Below, in pieces: positions 27,824 through 37,296 of a stretch of DNA of 38,081 bases (position 1 is its first letter; every line of letters begins with the position of its first letter). Below the pieces are notes generated by a model that had not been told where the DNA came from, ran no database searches, and worked only from the letters and a program-made list of their open reading frames with translations. Both the position numbers and the translations under genes were made by a program. The stretch comes from Candidatus Hydrogenedentota bacterium (lineage in GTDB: Bacteria > JBFMHD01), in contig JBFMHD010000003.1 in the NCBI GenBank assembly GCA_040752395.1, positions 1-38,081 of the forward strand. Direction: 5' to 3'.

Positions 27824-28768
27824 TATATTCTTCCCTTTTGTTATATTAGCTATCACTTTCGCACCGATGATTTCTAATAAAGGCTTTATACCATCCTGTG
27901 GTCGAAGTATCGATATATCTTCTTTCTTAATCACCTCACCCTTTTTTAAATCTCTTATAGCCACAGGGCTGCGCCGGGAAGTGTATCTTAAGTTTAATTC
28001 TTCTGCAATGAAATCTTTTGTGAAATTTTTTATATTCTCCTCGAGCTCTCTTATTTTCTTAACCATTTCCTTAAATTCGACTGGCGTTATCGATGCAGTA
28101 TGGTCAGGCCCTTTCAGTCTTTTATTCAGCGTAAAATGTTTTTCTATGACAGAAGCACCGCAAAATACAGCAATAATCGCAGATTCCAAAGAAGTAGTAT
28201 GGTCAGAAAAACCAACAGGAATTCTATATCTTTTTATCAAATACTCAATCTTTCTCAGGTTTGATTTAGAAAAAGAACAGGGATATAATGAGACACAATG
28301 CATTAAAACAAAATTCACTTTATTTTTTTTCAAAAAGTTTACGGTTTTATCAGCCTCTTTTATTGTACTTGCACCTGCCGAAATAAATACAGGCAGTTTT
28401 TTCGATATGACCTCTTTTATAAAAATAAAATTATTAAAATCGCCTGAGGCTATCTTTAAAAAATCAGGTTCTAATTTTACGGCATTATCAAGGGTATCAA
28501 AACAAAATGGCGTTATACCAAAATCAATTTTATATCCATAAACAAAATCTCTTATCTTCTGCCACTGTTTAAAAGTAAAAGTATATTTACTTAAAATTTC
28601 AAATATCTTTTCGTCTCTTTTTACAAGGTTTTCAGGTATAAAATATTGGAACTTTACAGCATCAGCACCAGACTCTTTTGCTTCCTTTATAAGTTCTCTG
28701 GCTAACTTAATGCTACCATTATGATTAATTCCTATCTCTGCAACTATATACGTTCTTTTAAATCTCAT
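27479..28768 (-). CDS. N-acetylneuraminate synthase family (NeuB/SpsE/PseI-like, with SAF domain) read through in frame into a HEAT-repeat lipoprotein
   Basis: IVAEIGINHNG, GADAVKFQ, KIASGD, LMHCVS.YP, GFSDHT, IEKHFTL, GPDH; SAF domain ends near residue 320. Confidence 0.88.
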   Translation of the reverse strand: MRFKRTYIVAEIGINHNGSIKLARELIKEAKESGADAVKFQYFIPENLVKRDEKIFEILSKYTFTFKQWQKIRDFVYGYKIDFGITPFCFDTLDNAVKLEPDFLKIASGDFNNFIFIKEVISKKLPVFISAGASTIKEADKTVNFLKKNKVNFVLMHCVSLYPCSFSKSNLRKIEYLIKRYRIPVGFSDHTTSLESAIIAVFCGASVIEKHFTLNKRLKGPDHTASITPVEFKEMVKKIRELEENIKNFTKDFIAEELNLRYTSRRSPVAIRDLKKGEVIKKEDISILRPQDGIKPLLEIIGAKVIANITKGKNIMKKNILLRAVPIFLLLASCSRYDPYIHSSRLSSKDPIKQIEAIQYIVEKNRTSDIPKLIDLLNDDETTVQTFANNALIDLTGVDFGFRVYLSQNKKQLIIEKWKDWWEQRNDKQ

Positions 28769-29669
28769 CTTTTCTTCTCAACCCCTGTCTTCTGTCTTCT
28801 ATTATTCCCCATATTTCTTCTTCATTACTAATAACTATCTTTTTTTCTTTTTTAAACCAAATCTTTTGTCTTCTTGCATACTGACGTGTGCGAATATATG
28901 TTCTATGCATAGCCTCATCCAACCCTATCTCACCTTCTAAATAACTTATCGTTTCTTTATATCCTATGCCACTCATAGATTCAAGATTTTTATTATAACC
29001 AATATCAAGTAATCTTTTTGTCTCATCAATCAGACCAAGTTTATAAATGTTTTCGGTTCTCTGTTTAATTCTTTTATCAAGTGTTTGTGGATCAGGGTTC
29101 AAATAAAGATGGACGAAATCATAGGATGGCTTTTGTCTTTTATCCCATAACTCAACAATGGAGAATCCTGTCTTTTCTTTTATCTCAATCGCTCTTATAA
29201 TTCTACGCTGGTTATTAGTATCAATTCTTTTAAATGTCAGTGGGTCTTTTTCTTTAAGTAATTTTTTTAGTTCGTCAATTGTCATCGAATTAAGCCTTTT
29301 TCTATATCCATTATCAATTTCGCCTCTTTCTTCAAATATCCCCTCCTGTAAAATTTTTATATACAACCCTGTCCCTCCTACTATCAGCGGAACTTTTGCT
29401 CTCTTTATAATATCTTCCACTACGTCTAAAGCTAATTTATAAAACTCATACACACTAAATCTTTCATCAGGGTTTTTTATATCAATAAGGTGATGTTTTA
29501 CCAGGTTTTGCTGTTCTTTAGTTGGTTTAGCTGTGCCTATATCCATATATCTATAAATCTGTCTTGAATCAGCTGATATAATCTCGGTATTGATTTTTTT
29601 ACTTAAATTAATTGCTGTCTCGGTTTTGCCTGATGCTGTTGGACCTGAAAGTATAATAACTTTTTTCAA
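28758..29669 (-). CDS. miaA: tRNA dimethylallyltransferase
   Basis: GPTASGKT, IISADSRQIY..MDIGTAKP, VGGTGLY, IGYKE, YARRQ..WF. Confidence 0.96.
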   Translation of the reverse strand: MKKVIILSGPTASGKTETAINLSKKINTEIISADSRQIYRYMDIGTAKPTKEQQNLVKHHLIDIKNPDERFSVYEFYKLALDVVEDIIKRAKVPLIVGGTGLYIKILQEGIFEERGEIDNGYRKRLNSMTIDELKKLLKEKDPLTFKRIDTNNQRRIIRAIEIKEKTGFSIVELWDKRQKPSYDFVHLYLNPDPQTLDKRIKQRTENIYKLGLIDETKRLLDIGYNKNLESMSGIGYKETISYLEGEIGLDEAMHRTYIRTRQYARRQKIWFKKEKKIVISNEEEIWGIIEDRRQGLRRKDEI

Positions 29670-29677
29670 ATCTTAAA

Positions 29678-29908
29678 TTAGCCCCCGGAGAGTATAGGAA
29701 ATATAAATATCTCATTACAAACACCAATGGTTTCATCATTTCCTTTTTTTCTACCCTCTATCACCACTTGCATAATTTCACCCTTGGGAAGATTAAGAAA
29801 AGATATTAGCTTTTTAATCTTCATATCAGGTTCAAGTTCAAGTATCTTTATCTCTTCACCATTATTATAGTGTCTTAAACTTGCTAAAAAATTAATTTTC
29901 ACTTGCAT
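29678..29908 (-). CDS. MoaD/ThiS-family sulfur carrier
   Basis: Beta-grasp pattern MQVKINFLASL... ending FPILSGG; near AOR. Confidence 0.85.
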   Translation of the reverse strand: MQVKINFLASLRHYNNGEEIKILELEPDMKIKKLISFLNLPKGEIMQVVIEGRKKGNDETIGVCNEIFIFPILSGG

Positions 29909-29913
29909 CTTGT

Positions 29914-31188
29914 CTACGTTTCCCTCAAAAGCCATTTCCAGAGAGGAATAAACCTTATCTTTTTTTCCTTAAATTTCTCCTGGGCTTCATAATCCCAACT
30001 TATAACTTGTAAATTATTACAGCTTAATTCTTCCGAAGCTCTTATTAAACTCTTTAATTCTCTTTCTTTAGTAGAAAAATCTTCTATCTCATAACAAACT
30101 TGAATTAATTGTTTAATTTTTAACCCATCTTTTAAAAGAAAATCTACTTTTTTGCTATTAGAACTCTTGAAATAATAAATCTCTATTAGAGGATTTTTAT
30201 TTGTTTTTCTTAGAAGTTCTAAGAATACAACATTTTCCATTAATTTTCCTAAATCTGGAAAAAATCTTGAGATTTTAGAAATACCTGTATCTGCTATATA
30301 TATTTTTTTTGGCCAACTTTCTCTGGTATATATTTTCGAAGAAAATCTATTAAGAAAGAAGATAGCTACGGAATCTTGTATTTTATCTATGTAGTCATAA
30401 ATTGTATTTTTACCAAAATTTTTCCCTTGAGATTTAAAAAAATTTAAAATTTTATTAACACTTATTTCTTTAGCAAAATTTTGAGCAGAATAGGAAAGAA
30501 GAAATCTCGCCAAACTTATATTTCTTAAATTATGCCTTTCTATAACATCTCTAAAAAGTATAAGATCGTAAAATTCTTTTAATATCCTCTCTTTTTCTTT
30601 TTCTAAAACAACTTCAGGGAACCCCCCAAATTCTAAATATTCTTTGAGTTCTTTTCTTATTAAAGCTTCCTCGTCTTTTGAAAGAAGATCAGAAGAAATC
30701 CCCTTTGCTTTAAGATATTCTAAAAAACTAAAGGGAAGTAAAATATAGGTTAATGTTCTCCCTCTTAAAGAAGTAGCTATTTCTTTGCTCAATAATTTTG
30801 AAGAAGAACCTGTTATAAAAATTTCATATTTTTGGAGATCTAAAATTTCTCTTAAAGCGGATTCCCATTTTTTTATATTTTGAATTTCATCAAAAAATAA
30901 GTATTCCGGCTCATTCCCGGCTATTTCTCTGTAAATCCTTATCAAATCTCTTATCTCCCTAAAATTAATATCAATTAATCTTGTATCTTCAAAATTTAGA
31001 TAGAGGCTCTTTTCTTTGTTTTTTTCGATTAATTGATAAAAATAATAAGTTTTTCCAGCTCTTCTTGGACCAATTATAGAAATTATTCTTCTTTTTGTTT
31101 CTGCTACCTTTAATTCCCTTTGAACAAACCAGGGTGGCTTCTTGTTTTTGTATTCAATAAGATAATCTTTTACTGAAGATTTTTCCAT
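29914..31188 (-). CDS. AAA+ ATPase (AAA_14) with C-terminal DUF4143 PD-(D/E)xK-like domain
   Basis: GPRRAGKT, YLNFED, FFDEIQ, ITGSSS, LRGR, GGFPE, KKIY.AD.G, ENVV, VDF. Confidence 0.88.
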   Translation of the reverse strand: MEKSSVKDYLIEYKNKKPPWFVQRELKVAETKRRIISIIGPRRAGKTYYFYQLIEKNKEKSLYLNFEDTRLIDINFREIRDLIRIYREIAGNEPEYLFFDEIQNIKKWESALREILDLQKYEIFITGSSSKLLSKEIATSLRGRTLTYILLPFSFLEYLKAKGISSDLLSKDEEALIRKELKEYLEFGGFPEVVLEKEKERILKEFYDLILFRDVIERHNLRNISLARFLLSYSAQNFAKEISVNKILNFFKSQGKNFGKNTIYDYIDKIQDSVAIFFLNRFSSKIYTRESWPKKIYIADTGISKISRFFPDLGKLMENVVFLELLRKTNKNPLIEIYYFKSSNSKKVDFLLKDGLKIKQLIQVCYEIEDFSTKERELKSLIRASEELSCNNLQVISWDYEAQEKFKEKKIRFIPLWKWLLRET

Positions 31189-31238
31189 AGGTAATCCTGG
31201 AAAGATAATTTATTAGTTTTTTTCTCTCCTATTGAGAA

Positions 31239-31268
31239 ATTTTAGTGAAGATTAGAAAACCTGTCAAG
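31239..31268 (-). promoter_or_regulatory. Candidate sigma-70 promoter of the ATPase gene
   Basis: TTGACA (31263-31268) - 18 nt - TAAAAT (31239-31244) on the - strand. Confidence 0.45.
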
Positions 31269-31510
31269 AAAATTTCAGGAGATTTCTTGGAAAACCTCAT
31301 TTTTTAAAGACAGCTCTAAAGTCTAAAGAACGGGTCTTGTGACCCTCTTTACATTATATTGATTATATTGAAATTACAAAAAATAAAAAATGTGTAGTGA
31401 GCATCTTTAGATGCGATGACCAGGTTTTTCAGAACTCTCTTCAGCAGGTCTTGTAATCCCTTAGTTATAGGCGGGAGTAAGAAGCAAGAAGCAAGAGATT
31501 TCATTCCGGC

Positions 31511-33340
31511 TCAAGGGATACCAAGTTCTCTAAGTTTCTCTTTTGTTGGTATCCCGAACTCGTCCCACTTCCTTATATTATAGTATGCATACAACATATT
31601 CCCTAAATCTGCAAGCACACCTTTTGCTTTACCATCAGGTTTTGCACCTGCAAACATCCTCGGTGGCAGCACATCATCTTTTCTACTTATCCCAAGCCTT
31701 ACATCAAACATCCGCTTCAAATTAACAAGCCTCTCACCTGTTCTCATAACATCATCCATCGTAAAATCAAAACCACATACAGCATTGAGCCACTGAGCTA
31801 TTATTTTAGGACCTACTCTACCTATGAATAAAAATTTACATAATCCAAGCGGATTAAAACAAGAGAGATAATTCTGCATATTAACTACAATCTGGGGTTT
31901 ATCATCGGATCTATGGGAGTCAGGGGCCACGGTATAACCCAGGTCTTCTACAGGAATCCCTCTATCAAGGAAATAAGTCAAGGCTTCAAGATGACAACCG
32001 CCACGAACAGCTGTGGCATAATTAAGCGACATACCAACATGTGCTCGCGGGTCATGGCCGGGTATCTCAAGCCCCTTTACCTCAACAGCCAGTTCTTGTG
32101 CATTCTTCCCTATCGTTAAAGCAGCTCTCCTGACACCAAGAGCTAATATATCACCTATGTGCTCCCTTTTTCCTATCATCTTAACAAGCTCAACAACAGA
32201 TTTTCCACCCCATTCTAATTTTAAACCACCTGTCTCCTTCTCAGTAATTATACCTCTTTCAAAAGCTTCGATAGCAAATGACACAAGATGACCACAGGAG
32301 ATAGTATCCATACCAAATTTATTACATAACTCATTTGCTTCAATCAAATCAAGCGGGTTGTCATTCAAACAATTTGAGCCGAGCATACCGATTGTTTCGT
32401 ATTCAGGACCATGACCATAGAGGTTTCTCTCTGGTACCTTATAAATTTTAGCACAACGTATGGGACAGGAAAAACAGGAATAATGTCGATCAAGATAAAG
32501 CGGTTGCATAGCCTGACCCGCAATCTTTTTCGCACCCTCTTTCCACGAACCAAGCTGCCAGTTCTTTATCGGTAAATCACCATACATCTCAACTGTCTCA
32601 ACACCACCAGATGTACCAAAGTTTGTAAGTCCAACTGTAAATTCTTTTATTTTCGGTATCTGTGCTTTAAGAAGTTCTTTGAGCAATTCTTTATTTGCGA
32701 TATTCGGGATTTTCTTACCTTTTACAGCTATGGCTTTTAAGTTTTTACTACCCATAACAGCACCTATACCACCACGAGCAGCAACCCGTGAGATTGGCGG
32801 ATCAAATATAATGCTTGCAAAAAAGGTAAGGTTTTCACCAGAAGGACCTATGGTACAAATCTTAAAATCATCACCTAATTCTTTAGCTAATATTTCTCCT
32901 GTTATGTAGGTATCTTTGGCCCAAAGATGAGATGCATCTCTTATTTCAATTTTTTCTTCTGTTATGCAAAGATAGACAGGTTTCTCGGATTTACCTGTTA
33001 TTATCATCCCATCAAAACCAGTAAATTTGAAAGTTGCAGGCCAGTGACCACCAACGGTTGCTTCGTTCCATATACCTGTAAGCGGCGATTTAGCACATAC
33101 AGAGAGTTTTGAAGAAGCTGGTATTGTCGTTCCTGTAAATAAACCCGCCATAAAAATTAATTGGCTTTGTGGAGATAATGGTTCTATATTTTCTATATCT
33201 TTCCAGTGGCTGAGTATCTTTGCACTGAGTCCTGAACCCATAAAATATTTTTTCACGTCTTCTTCATTGATAGGTATCTCTTCAGTCTTTTTATTGGATA
33301 AATCAATCTTCAATATTTTACCGTGATAACCATTTGTCAT
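31511..33340 (-). CDS. Tungsten/molybdopterin aldehyde:ferredoxin oxidoreductase family protein
   Basis: GY.GKIL.IDLS, KSPLTG, RGG.GAVMGSKNLKAI, C..CPI.C, PEYET, GMDTIS, DPR, RGGCH. Confidence 0.93.
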   Translation of the reverse strand: MTNGYHGKILKIDLSNKKTEEIPINEEDVKKYFMGSGLSAKILSHWKDIENIEPLSPQSQLIFMAGLFTGTTIPASSKLSVCAKSPLTGIWNEATVGGHWPATFKFTGFDGMIITGKSEKPVYLCITEEKIEIRDASHLWAKDTYITGEILAKELGDDFKICTIGPSGENLTFFASIIFDPPISRVAARGGIGAVMGSKNLKAIAVKGKKIPNIANKELLKELLKAQIPKIKEFTVGLTNFGTSGGVETVEMYGDLPIKNWQLGSWKEGAKKIAGQAMQPLYLDRHYSCFSCPIRCAKIYKVPERNLYGHGPEYETIGMLGSNCLNDNPLDLIEANELCNKFGMDTISCGHLVSFAIEAFERGIITEKETGGLKLEWGGKSVVELVKMIGKREHIGDILALGVRRAALTIGKNAQELAVEVKGLEIPGHDPRAHVGMSLNYATAVRGGCHLEALTYFLDRGIPVEDLGYTVAPDSHRSDDKPQIVVNMQNYLSCFNPLGLCKFLFIGRVGPKIIAQWLNAVCGFDFTMDDVMRTGERLVNLKRMFDVRLGISRKDDVLPPRMFAGAKPDGKAKGVLADLGNMLYAYYNIRKWDEFGIPTKEKLRELGIP

Positions 33341-33345
33341 CGAAA

Positions 33346-33581
33346 CCTCCTCTGAAAAACATTGTAATTATAATAATATCAAGTAGAAGCAAGAAGCAAG
33401 ATAACGGAAGAAGTGAGAGGTATCAGGACAGGCTACAGGCTACGGACTACAGCCGGCTGGAGACAAAAGCCCAAAGCCTGCTGAAAAGTCTTGAGTCTTG
33501 AGTCCTGTTTTGACTCACGACTCTTTTCATATCATCTTTAGTTTTTCATCCTTTGTGCCTTCTCCTCCTGTCTTCTGTCTC
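33346..33581. repeat. Composite element (modules A-B-E-I)
   Basis: Closely matches 5000-5255 and 15913-16240. Confidence 0.92.
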
Positions 33582-34856
33582 CTAATATAATTCCAACTCA
33601 TTCGGGTCTATGATATAGCCTGTAATAGCAGAGGCGGCTGCAACTGCAGGGTTCGCCAGATAAACCTCACTCTCAGTATGACCCATTCTTCCAACAAAAT
33701 TTCTGTTTGTTGTCGCAATAGCACGTTCTCCCTTTGCAAGGATACCCATATGTCCTCCGAGACAGGGTCCACAGGTTGGCGTGCTTATAGCACACCCCGA
33801 ATCTATAAGTTTTTCAATATAGCCATCTTTTAAAAGTTGTAAATATATTTTTTGCGTCGCAGGAATAATTATTGTTCTTATATTTTTATCAACCTTTTTA
33901 CCATCAAGTATTTCAGCCGCTAATTTGATGTCTCGATACCAACCATTAGTACAGGAACCAATAACCACCTGATCTATTTTAACATCTTTTAATTCTTTTG
34001 CAAATTTAACATTTGATGGTAGATGCGGGCAACTGACCACAGGCTCAAGATTATCACAATCTATCTCAATGATTTCTTTATAATCAGCATCTTTATCAGG
34101 ATATAATATAGTGCCAACCTCTCTGTCTTGATTATGCTTATTCAGATAATCAATAGTTTTATCATCAGCAATAAATAGTCCGCATTTAGCCCCGGTTTCT
34201 ACAGCCATATTTGAGATGGTCAGTCTATCAAAGATTGTTAAATTATCAACAACTTCTCCAGAAAACTCTATAGCTCGATAATTAGCTCCATCAACACCTA
34301 TCCTTCCAATTGTGTAGAGTATTAAATCCTTTCCATAAACATATCTGTTTAATCTCCCTTTATAAACAACTTTTATCGTTTCTGGTATTTTAAGCCATAT
34401 TCTACCGTTTGCGAAACTACAACCCACATCAGTTGACCCCACGCCTGTGGCAAAGCAGGATAAAGCGCCATAGGTACAGGTATGACTATCAGCACCGATT
34501 ATTAAATCACCACAATGAACAAACCCTGATTCAGGTAATAAAGCATGTTCAATCCCTACTCGACCTATCTCCCAGAAGTTCTCTATACCCTGCTCCTTTG
34601 CAAATTCTCGGACAAATTTTACCTGAAGAGCGGATTTGATGTCTTTGTTTGGTGTAAAATGGTCACAAACAAGGGCTATCTTTTTTTTGTCAAAAACTTT
34701 TTTAACTCCTGTTTCGTAAAATGCTTTTATAGCTAACGGTGCTGTGATATCATTTGCTAAAACTAAATCTACCTTTGCTTCGATGATCTCCTGTGCTTTA
34801 ACATTTCCTTTAGCGACTTTTAAACTTAAAATTTTTTCAGCAAGTGTTAAACCCAT
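33582..34856 (-). CDS. leuC: 3-isopropylmalate dehydratase large subunit (LeuC/HacA short type)
   Basis: DHFTP, GIEH, GADSHTCTYG, GSCTNG, CGPCLG, TNRNF.GRMG. Confidence 0.9.
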   Translation of the reverse strand: MGLTLAEKILSLKVAKGNVKAQEIIEAKVDLVLANDITAPLAIKAFYETGVKKVFDKKKIALVCDHFTPNKDIKSALQVKFVREFAKEQGIENFWEIGRVGIEHALLPESGFVHCGDLIIGADSHTCTYGALSCFATGVGSTDVGCSFANGRIWLKIPETIKVVYKGRLNRYVYGKDLILYTIGRIGVDGANYRAIEFSGEVVDNLTIFDRLTISNMAVETGAKCGLFIADDKTIDYLNKHNQDREVGTILYPDKDADYKEIIEIDCDNLEPVVSCPHLPSNVKFAKELKDVKIDQVVIGSCTNGWYRDIKLAAEILDGKKVDKNIRTIIIPATQKIYLQLLKDGYIEKLIDSGCAISTPTCGPCLGGHMGILAKGERAIATTNRNFVGRMGHTESEVYLANPAVAAASAITGYIIDPNELELY

Positions 34857-34872
34857 GTTTTTAAAACTCCGT

Positions 34873-34913
34873 TTGACTTAATGAAAGAATATGTTATTAA
34901 ATAAAAATGTCAA
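34873..34913. promoter_or_regulatory. Overlapping divergent sigma-70 promoter candidates (leuC and 34944 gene)
   Basis: + strand TTGACT 34873 with TATTAA/TTAAAT; - strand TTGACA 34913-34908 with TATTCT. Confidence 0.4.
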
Positions 34914-34943
34914 TGTTATAAAAATGAGAAATAACAGAAAGAA

Positions 34944-35369
34944 ATGAAAAAGAGAGTTATTTTAGGTATCAGTTTAATAGTAATAACAGTATTTGTGTAT
35001 AAATATCTTGAAAGAAGAAATATTAAAAATGAGGTTTATATAATCTCTCATTTATTGCAAGAAGAACAGATAAAGGAATTATATGATTACATCTCAGATA
35101 ATTATTCGGACTCGTTTGGCTATACAAAGGACGATTTAATAAGAAGCATTGATGTTTTTTTGAGTGAATACGATATTAAAATCAGGATAGAGAAGATAAA
35201 AATATCAATAAAAACCAGACCTGCGGTTGTATATGTTAGAGGTAAAGTAGACTACCTTGGTCGAGATTTTAATATTGTGGCTGTGGTTGAAGATATAAAT
35301 CTGGTTTTAAAGAAAGAGAAAGATTTATGGAAGATAATATCAATTTTATCAGATAAACACCTGAGGTAG
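34944..35369 (+). CDS. Membrane-anchored hypothetical protein, possibly NTF2-like fold
   Basis: N-terminal TM; ISDNYSD..G and L.KE...WKI pattern typical of NTF2-like domains. Confidence 0.65.
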   Translation: MKKRVILGISLIVITVFVYKYLERRNIKNEVYIISHLLQEEQIKELYDYISDNYSDSFGYTKDDLIRSIDVFLSEYDIKIRIEKIKISIKTRPAVVYVRGKVDYLGRDFNIVAVVEDINLVLKKEKDLWKIISILSDKHLR

Positions 35370-35380
35370 TGCCATAACTA

Positions 35381-36523
35381 CTATTCCTGAAGATAAAGTT
35401 TTAATTCTTTCTTTGTTCTATAGAACCTCATCCGCCTGAGAGCTTGTTTCTCAAGTTGTCTCACTCGTTCTCTTGTAATACGTAAAACATTTCCTATTTT
35501 TTCAAGAGTCATAGGTTCTTTGCCATCAAATCCATACCTCATCTTGATAATCTCTTTTTCTTTGCCTTTCAATACTTTAAGCAAACGTTCATGAACGAAC
35601 TTTTTCACCATATCAGACTCAACAATTGAATAAGGTGAGATGCTCGTATGGTCAGCTATAAAATCAGCAAGTTGTATATGCGGTGAATCATAAATGGGGC
35701 TGTCAAGACTTGCAGAGTCCTGCATAATATTACTCCATAAAATAATCTTTTCTGATGGAACTTCAAGTTCTGATGAGAGTTCATCATGCGTTGGTTCTCT
35801 ACGTAGTTTCTGAGTCAGCTCCTGTTTAGTTTTAGAGAATCTATTTAGCTGGTCAACAAGATGAACAGGTAATCTGATGGTTCTACCCTGGTCTGCAAGA
35901 GCCCTTACTATTGATTGCCTTATCCAATAAGTTGCATACGTCGAGAATCTATAATTTTTCCTGTGATCAAATAAATCAACTGCTTTTAAGAGACCAAGGT
36001 TTCCCTCATTAATAAGGTCAAGTAACGGTAAACCACGATTTTGATACTTTTTAGCTATAGATACAACGAGCCTCAGATTAGCCTCAATGAGCCTTCTTCT
36101 CGCTTCCTCATATTGAGTCTCAAGAATATTTTTCTGTTCCTTTATATTCTTTCGAGTAGCAGATTGCAATGTCTTCCTTTTTCTGAAAGATATTTTTCTA
36201 GCTTTTAGGTTACTTATCTTTATTTTAATTTTTTTTTCAATTTTCTGTAATTTAATTTTAACGTTTCTAATTTTTCTGGCGAGTCTTATTTCTTCTTCAA
36301 AGCTTAATAACTTTACCTTGGAAATTTCATTTAAAAATAATTTCAGTGTATCATCAACAACGATGCTTTCTGTTTTAATATCTTCTTCTGGTTCTTCTGT
36401 TTTGGGCGTTGTTTCAGCAACCTCTTCAATAAATTCCTGTACCTCTGAATCGGTTTTAGTAGCAAGGAATTCATCAATTTTACCATAGGATATTCTTTTT
36501 GTTTTTTTAATCTTTTTTCTCAT
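35381..36523 (-). CDS. RNA polymerase sigma-70 factor, RpoD/RpoS-like (group 1/2)
   Basis: Region 1.2 LL..EEE..LA; ANLRLVVSIAKKY; DLINEGN.GL..AV..FD...YRFSTYATYWIRQ; TRERVRQ.E; downstream of nlpD-like gene. Start 36523 or 36574. Confidence 0.92.
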   Translation of the reverse strand: MRKKIKKTKRISYGKIDEFLATKTDSEVQEFIEEVAETTPKTEEPEEDIKTESIVVDDTLKLFLNEISKVKLLSFEEEIRLARKIRNVKIKLQKIEKKIKIKISNLKARKISFRKRKTLQSATRKNIKEQKNILETQYEEARRRLIEANLRLVVSIAKKYQNRGLPLLDLINEGNLGLLKAVDLFDHRKNYRFSTYATYWIRQSIVRALADQGRTIRLPVHLVDQLNRFSKTKQELTQKLRREPTHDELSSELEVPSEKIILWSNIMQDSASLDSPIYDSPHIQLADFIADHTSISPYSIVESDMVKKFVHERLLKVLKGKEKEIIKMRYGFDGKEPMTLEKIGNVLRITRERVRQLEKQALRRMRFYRTKKELKLYLQE

Positions 36524-36600
36524 AGTTAATATTCCTCTAACTCGGCATAGCCCGTTAGAGAGTTGATTTATCATCCTATCGCAATAACATCGCTAATCTG

Positions 36601-37296
36601 TTATCTGTGCCGGGGTAAATATTTAAGGGGGTCAACCGGCTCACCATCGATCCTTATCTCAAAATGTAAATGTGAACCTGTAGTATGACCGCTCATACCA
36701 ACCTCGGCAATCTTCTCTCCTTTTTTAACTCTTGTATTATAATTTGCAAGATTTTTTTTATTATGTGCATATACTGTAATAACCGAATTGTTATGTTCTA
36801 TCATTATAACATTGCCATAACCTCTCATAACATCAGAATAAATAATGAACCCATCTGCTGCTGCAAGTACCGACTTACCTAATGCCGCCTGTATATCTAT
36901 GCCTTGATGATACCCGCCATTATCCCCAATCCCAAAATAAGAACTGATTTTACCATCTACAGGCCAGATAAACTTTAATCCCATTAAATCAGGTGTTTCA
37001 TTTTTTTCTTTGGATCCCTCATCCCTCTGACCTTCATCAATTATTATAATTCTTCCTTCATATGGGATATACAATTTCTGTCCCGTATAAATATTAGAAT
37101 GGTCTTTTAAATGATTAACCTTAACTAATGTATCAACACTGATCCTATAAATCTGGGATATACGCCAGAGTGTCTCGCCTCTTCTAACTGTATGATACCT
37201 TCCACCCCTTTGTATAGTGAACCTCGGGTATGCTAAACAGGACGATAAAAGAATAATAATAAAAAATATATTAAAATAACGAATATATTTATTCAA
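36601..37296 (-). CDS. LysM + M23 peptidase lipoprotein (NlpD-like)
   Basis: Lipobox LLSSC; LysM HTVRRGETLWRIS; M23 HQGIDI, YAHN, HLHFE. Confidence 0.92.
   Translation of the reverse strand: MNKYIRYFNIFFIIILLSSCLAYPRFTIQRGGRYHTVRRGETLWRISQIYRISVDTLVKVNHLKDHSNIYTGQKLYIPYEGRIIIIDEGQRDEGSKEKNETPDLMGLKFIWPVDGKISSYFGIGDNGGYHQGIDIQAALGKSVLAAADGFIIYSDVMRGYGNVIMIEHNNSVITVYAHNKKNLANYNTRVKKGEKIAEVGMSGHTTGSHLHFEIRIDGEPVDPLKYLPRHR

Noticed and set aside
27867-28541. Long antisense ORFs (27867-28541, 23132-23590, 20217-20627, 6618-7040 and others)
   Set aside because: Opposite well-supported genes, Ser/Ile/Phe-rich as expected for antisense frames, no motifs.
5000-33581. Autonomous IS, integron or DGR explaining the repeats
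   Set aside because: No transposase, integrase or reverse transcriptase ORF; no attC-like sites or adenine-specific TR/VR pair seen.
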